From the human T2T-CHM13v2.0 reference genome, Homo sapiens, in NCBI RefSeq assembly GCF_009914755.1, contig NC_060936.1: DNA of 64,000 nucleotides. One strand, given 5' to 3'. Below, one piece after another: positions 57,480-64,000 of the stretch. Under the pieces are notes generated by a model, which ran no database searches, was not told the DNA's origin, and saw only the letters and a list, made by a program, of their open reading frames with translations. Position 1 is the first letter of the stretch, and every line of letters starts with the position of its first letter. The position numbers were made by a program, and so were the translations under genes.

Positions 57480-59200
57480 AGAACAAAACAAAAACCTCAG
57501 AAATACTGATGAATGAGATATAAAATTTCTTACAGGAATCTTTATTAAGTTCTGCTGCATGGTAGCAATGTTTCCACATCTTCAATAAATTTTAATAACA
57601 TTTATTTATAAAAAAAGATTTAAAGAATATAAAGCCAAGCTTCAGATAGATGATATTTGTAATATTTATTTCTAAAAGATAACTGATGTTCAGAATATTT
57701 TAAAATTCAAAAAAAAAAAAATCTACCAAGAAAATGATAGATGACCCTTTTAGAAAAGGAGACTAATGACAAAACATCTCTCCACAAAAGAGGAAATTAC
57801 AAATGGCCTTTAAGAATATGAAGAGCTGTTGCATATTCCAAATGATCAGGGAAAAGCAGATTAACAATGAGATACTATCTTACACTCAAAAGCATGGCTT
57901 AGATAGCCAACAATGAAAAGTGTTGGTGAGGGCAAGGAATATAACTTCAACTCTCAAACACTGATGATGATGCATAAACTGTTATAATCTCCTTGGAAAA
58001 CTGGCAGTATCTAACAAGCTGACTATAGTCAGCTATACCTTGCATCTCCACTGTTCCACTCTAAAGTATACACATAAAATTAAAAAGTGAACAGAAATTT
58101 GTAATGTGAGATTAGTGCTACATATTCAAAGCAGCACTCTTAATAAGAACTCTAAATTGGAAACAACTCAACCATCAGCAGTAGAAAGGTAAACAATGTT
58201 ACATCCTTAAAATGGAGAACTGCACATCAATGAAAAAGAACAAATCAGTACTGATACTGACAGGAGGCAGCCAAATGCCTAGGCAGACAGGGGCGGGTCC
58301 CCAGTGAAACCTCACCACCAAGCCAAAGACAGTTTAAAGCCTGAAAATCAAGCTACAAGTTAAACCCTTGGACTGAATTGAGAACTTCTCCTCTTTCCTC
58401 TGATTGATCTCCACCCTTCACCTATTTTACATATACCTACTCTTTCCTAATTGGTTTTCTACACTGTCATGTACATCTTTGAGTGGTTTATTCGCTTTAA
58501 CCCTTTTTGCATACTCACAAACCAGTCAGCACACACACACCCCATTCTGAGCCCATAAAAGACCCCAGATCCAGCCATAGAGGGGGACTTTCCCATCTTT
58601 GGGTAGGGGATTCCCTCCCGTACCATGCTGCATCCCGTCTCTGCTGAGAGCTGTTCTGTCACTCAATAAAATTTTTCTCGGCCCTCCTCACCCTTCAGTG
58701 TCCAGCATATCCTCATTCTTCTTGGGCACAGTACAAGAGTTCGGGAACTGCCAAATGCAGGTACAAGCTATAACACAGGTGAGCTGGGGCACGCCAGCAT
58801 GGCTAAGTGAGGCCTGGGCAGGGCATCACTGACCAGGGGTTTCTGGCTTGCAAAGTGATCAAGAAGAAATAACCTGCATCAGTGCTACATACAACATGGA
58901 TAAATCTCAGTTGTGCTGTGTTGATCGAAATAATCCAGGCACAAAACAACACGTACTATATGTATGAGTCCATTCCTATAAAATGCAAAAAAATTGACAA
59001 ACCTAGTTCATGATTATGCAATTCAGAATAGTAATTACCTGTGGAGAGGCAACGCTAGGAGGAGGCATGAGAGAGGCTTCTCGAGACACCGGGTCTCTCA
59101 TATTCTGATACAGGTAGTAGTTATAAAAATGTGTTTACCTTTTAATAGTAAATCAGGCAGTATAGTATGACTTGCTTTCTTTTATATGTACAATATAGTT
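57480..59200 (+). mobile_element. L1ME-type 3' end, split by an LTR
   Basis: L1 3' phrases rejoin across the LTR (aagaacaaatcagtac | tacatacaacatggataaatctc). Confidence 0.7.
58252..58881 (+). mobile_element. ERV1 (MER4-group) solo LTR
   Basis: TGATA...CATCA termini, near-TSD GTAC/GTGC, GC box GGGGCGGG, CATAAAA TATA-like box and AATAAA at ~58665. Confidence 0.85.
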
Positions 59201-61061
59201 TGGTTTTAAAAGGTTCAAAAATTTATTTAATAATCTTTTACATTTCTTTCCAATCTTGTCATTCCAGCAAAACCAAATATAAAGTCTGCTGCCTTGGTTT
59301 TCTGTGTCGAAGACATATGCATATCAATTTATTCACTTGTTGCTGTGAGCCCTATCTGAAAATTTACATTTGGCTGTGTTTATCTATGCTCTCATATTAA
59401 TCTGACTTTATAAGTAATTGTAAAGGAAACAGTAGAGTCTTTTTTATTTCATTTTATTTTTCTTGCTTTTGTGAAGGATGATGAGCATAGTAACACATAA
59501 GCACATCGGAGTGTGTCCTAGCTATAAAACACAATGGTATAACTGGAGGAATGTTAAATATTACATATTTAAAACCATTAAATTAAAGATTAAAAAATTA
59601 CCCACAAAGAAAAAGTGTAAGGCTACTTCTGTCTTTAATATTTGTGGCTAATTTGCAAATTTTAGGATGGATGCATCAAAGAATCAAGATGTATCAAAAT
59701 CCCATTTTGTTTTATTAAAAATATTGGGATGTGGGAGAGAAGGTCAGGGCAATTATGGAAAATCGATACACTATTATTGGTCATTTATTCTGCAAAATCA
59801 TAGTTAACCTCTACTAAAACCTTTCTTGAGGGGGCCACCCCTGTGGTACAGTAAGCCTATGTCTATGTTCATTAAGGAGTCCCCACTGCCAAAGAATCCT
59901 ACTATAGGACAAATATACCATAGTACTTTCAAAGCAAACTCACTTGTAAGTGGATATTCACATTTTGAAAGTATACTTTGAAAAATTAGAAAGCAGAAAA
60001 ATTAGATTGATGCTTTCTCTCCACCACCATCACATTAAGAAATCCAAACCCAGTTTTTCATTTTAAGAAGATCTTAGGAAGAGTTTAAAGAGCTGTGTAA
60101 GGCAGATGAGGCACTAATATACCTTTTATACACAATTGTTTTGGTTTTATCTGAGGCATTGCAAAAAGCTGTAAAACTCACACGACCCAAAACAACCAAA
60201 AGCTCCTCAGCTCTAACAGTGTGAGAGATCTCATTATTCCTTGAGACCCTGAAGACTTACCAGTTGCCTAGAGCCGCCCATGAAAATGAGAACTGTTCTA
60301 ATAAAAGAAGCACCTAATGTATGTTTTTCCTTCAAACTATTAAACCCAAATCCCCCTAGTGGCAAAAGAAGGCTAAGTACCCTAACAGTATGTGGAGGTA
60401 TATATTAAATTGGCCCTGCCAAGGGACAACATTTCTTTGTATCATCATGTTTTACCAAAAATTTGTAATTTGGAAATATTCTACTGTACAGCATATCCCT
60501 GTTTCTTTAAATATGCACCGTTTTAAGTTACTTAAAATTTACTTACCAAAAATTCAAAGCACATATTTTAAATTAAGCGCAAACTGATGCTATAAAAAAG
60601 GTATCCCATGTGTTTCAGATTCTGATGTTACCTACTCAATTTTGATTCCTCCCTTCTGTCTTCCAACACAACTCTGACTTTGTTTGTAGTAGCCATGTGC
60701 CAATTAAACATATTCACTTACCCCAGTCCTTCTCCCAGTCGGGGAAAGCCATGCAACCGATTTTCGTTTCATGTGCTATAAGAAGTAATTTAACAGTTGG
60801 GAACTCTGAATAAGTTATTATTTTCCTGAAAAACAGAAAGTGGGAAGGGAATGAGCTGTCATCATCTTTTTGTTGCTCTTTCCCTCTTTCCTGCGTGGAG
60901 CATTGACATGAGGCCTGGAGAAGGAACAGTCACTTTGAGCTGAGGATTCTTGGACATCTGTACATAACGAATAACCTGGTAAGAATCTAGAAGTACCTTG
61001 AGTGTCACCAGCATGTGACTGCCCACATCTAATGCTGCTCAACGCAACTTCCTGCAATATT

Positions 61062-61208
61062 GTGTGCCACCCGATACAGTAGCCACTAGCCACATACAGA
61101 GCAGTTGAAATGCAGCTAGTGAGACTGAGGAATAAATGCTGAATGTATTTTTAAATTTAAATTTAAATAGTCACATGTGGCTAGTGGTCACTATATTAGA
61201 TGGCACAA
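61062..61208. mobile_element. MER3-like hAT MITE
   Basis: Palindromic agccactagccacat...atgtggctagtgg with tttaaatttaaatttaaatag. Confidence 0.8.
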
Positions 61209-64000
61209 TTACACCTATACCACTATTTGGTTAAACTAGATAGGCAAGTTTCTTTAACGAGTAACCGATGGCAGTCCTAATTAAACATAAAGTGTTTAAG
61301 TAGCTTCAAGTTCTCTCTTAGCCTCTTGTCACACACACCTACTCTGAAAACCTTTCCCTTAAAACACTATCAGATCACACCTTAGTGGGTTTGAACTACA
61401 GATAACTGAGAATCTCTTTACAGGGGGACGCAAGACGGAGCAGGAAAATAGAAACATGAGGTACTGAAGAAAGATTGATTAACCACAGGTAAGCGTGGAT
61501 ACCTGGGGAGAAGCTGCTTCTTCCTGAAAGCAATCAAGCTTTTCCATCTGCATTTCGCAGGCAGCCGGCAGCCAGACAATGCAGAAAGTGGGTGTTTCTG
61601 GCTGGTTCAGCCTTTCCTTCTCAAAGAAAACTGGGCCTCTGCTTCCCCTCAAGGGATATGTCAAATCCTACACATTATGCCGCTCTGATTTTTCTCACTT
61701 CCTGTCCAGATATAATACCTCTTCTGACTTGGGCTTTGCTTTATATTGGGGCAGAAGAGGACATTGAGTAGACAGAAAGCCTAGAATGATGATAAATAAA
61801 ACCACATACTTTCAATTTCTTCTCATTTCCCAATTATTTACCTGGAACAAAGGAAGAACAGGGACCAACATAACAATCACCCAGAAGGAGCAGAAGGCTA
61901 ACTTTGGAAAAATGAGAGGATTAACTACTGCTGCCATCCTGTAAGCAAGGAACATAGTATCAGAAAGTCCTATCTTTGAAGACAATGAAGAGAAGGATCT
62001 GTTTCTGGGCATCCCAGCCATAACCGTAAATATGACATCTGTGAACACAAAGTAAACATCACTGCGGTGATCAGTTTCACCCTAGGCTGCTAAGGGAGAC
62101 ACAGCCCAATAGTTTTCTACAGGTAACTTGTTAGGAACTCTTCATTTTAAAACAACAACAGCAACAACAACAAAACCCTTACTGTATCTGTGAAATGGAT
62201 CATTACTGTCTTCCATTTTAAACATACAGACCTCCCCCAACATGTTACCCCGGTCACATGTAGTGACCTGAAGAGTATTTTGCTGCTGTAGTGACTGTGT
62301 CTGTCTGCCTTCCTGACCCATCCTGTGGCAGTCATCTATGTAACTGCCTGTCTTCCTTTTGTAGTTGCTTATTTTCAATCACAGGGTTCCTTCTTATATA
62401 CTCACTGTGTAAAAAATATTAGGGCATAAAAACATTTTTAAAGTATTTTTTCTTTATTTTTAAACTTTTTTAAAGCATAGGCTATGGCAAACAGTCACAA
62501 GTAGACTTATGAGAGTGTGTTTTTTTGCTTTTCAACAAATAGAACTCTGGACCTGGCCATTTCAGTGAAGCATACAACTAGAGGAAATTAAATAGATGAA
62601 GAAAAACCCAGCACTCTCTAATATGTAAATTCTAAATTACTTAATGATATACTGCAATTTAAATTACACTGTAAATGAAATGATACTAGGTAGATAAAAT
62701 AGACACAAGGAATATATAAAAGCCAAAAAGAAATTTAGATAATTAAATGATTTGCTATAAAGCCTTCCTTAGCTGTGAAGTGAAGAGCAGCTCAGTTGAC
62801 ACCTATTAGCCACTTAATACATAATGATAATGAAGTCTTATTTAGCACTTACTATGTGCCAGGCACTGCTAACCACTTTATATTTATTGTCTCAATTACT
62901 CCTCTTAATTGTTATAAAAGTGAACATAATCAAGGTAACATTTTATTAGATTTATGAAGAATTTATACGATATCATAGTTCACCAAAAATATATTTCATA
63001 TTAGTTTATAATTATTATTTATGAATAATAGTAACCCCCAATGAGACAGTGGGCATATTAGAATTTTAAACTATAAGCACATAAGATTAACATCCTTATA
63101 TCCACTTTGGGCTCTACCACTGATGTATCATGTTTTCAGCTATGGACAAGTCTTTGAAACTACCTGTAACAATTTGCCCTGTAAGTTATGAGAAATTGTC
63201 TGTACTGGTAATTGCACAACCATGTTTGCATGAGGAGGAAGAAACAAAGTAGAAAATACTCTTGAACAAAAAGTTGTTGATTCAAGATAAGAAGCACTGG
63301 ACTTTATTATGTGCGGTTCTTAAAAATAACTGAAGTAGAAGAAGAAATACAAAATAATTCAGTCCTTTTTCAGAGCTAGCGTAACTTTTGTCTGGATTCT
63401 CATGAAGAAACGCATAGCAACGAAGAAGGAGTGGATGGAAACTATGGAGCAAAACAGTAAGAGAAGAAAATCGAATTAGAAACAACTTAAAACCACTTAT
63501 TATGTGTCTCACAATTGCTTCACAGTGCTGGTTTCTGCAAAGAGAAAGAGATACAGAAATAGTACAAAGCCTGAAGACAAGGGAACGGAAAGATCTTTTC
63601 CGTTAACTTCCCTGAAATCATGTGCTACAAAACAGGCATTTTCAGGAAGAGGGGTGGATGTGATGTGCCACAAGTGTATAAATTTTCCAAGTTTGTGTGA
63701 TAGTAGAATTTTTAAACAAGTTTGTGGCTTTTGTCTTATGTTGATGACTAACAGTTCCCAATGATAGACTCATTCACCTCCAATACTCAAATTACTCATG
63801 AAATCACAAGCATATAAATTTCCAGGGCTGTAGAAGAGAGAGTACTGATTGTGATTTGCCACATTCTGGGAATAATTTCCTCTGCTACACACAGATGTGC
63901 CAGATTCAGCAAATACTCTGACCTGCCCCATATTTTGAGAAGTAAACCAAACACAGCCACATAGGAAGATCACGAGTATAAGGTTCTGGTACAGTCCCAC

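Noticed and set aside
63584-63604. Near-palindrome AACGGAAAGATCTTTTCCGTT
   Set aside because: Short and imperfect, with no context for an RNA gene; plausible by chance.

Overview
Primate (human-like) genomic DNA containing the 5' end of PPFIA2 (liprin-alpha-2) on the minus strand and about 41 kb of repeat-rich upstream sequence. The gene parts seen are a CpG-island promoter (~21.5-22.8 kb), two predicted non-coding 5' exons (ending at 22342; 21462-21569) and the first coding exon (CDS 17035-17283, 83 aa). The downstream intron runs off the left edge. About 2.5 kb upstream of the promoter lies a near-full-length, env-less HERV-L/MLT2A provirus (24936-31431, ACTCC target-site duplication). Its 5' LTR end, primer-binding site and gag start have been inverted, partly triplicated and partly deleted. 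The rest is Alu, L1, L2, CR1, MIR, MaLR/ERV1 solo LTRs and MER DNA transposons; subfamily names are from memory of consensus sequences and not from a search. I found no novel protein-coding system: apart from the PPFIA2 exon, the ORF-track entries are decayed retroelement frames or chance ORFs. The most interesting observations are (i) the complex template-switch rearrangement in the provirus, (ii) a templated insertion that built a three-octamer plus CCAAT cluster from an LTR 1.3 kb away, (iii) two uORFs in the predicted PPFIA2 leader, and (iv) several further fold-back or duplication scars.
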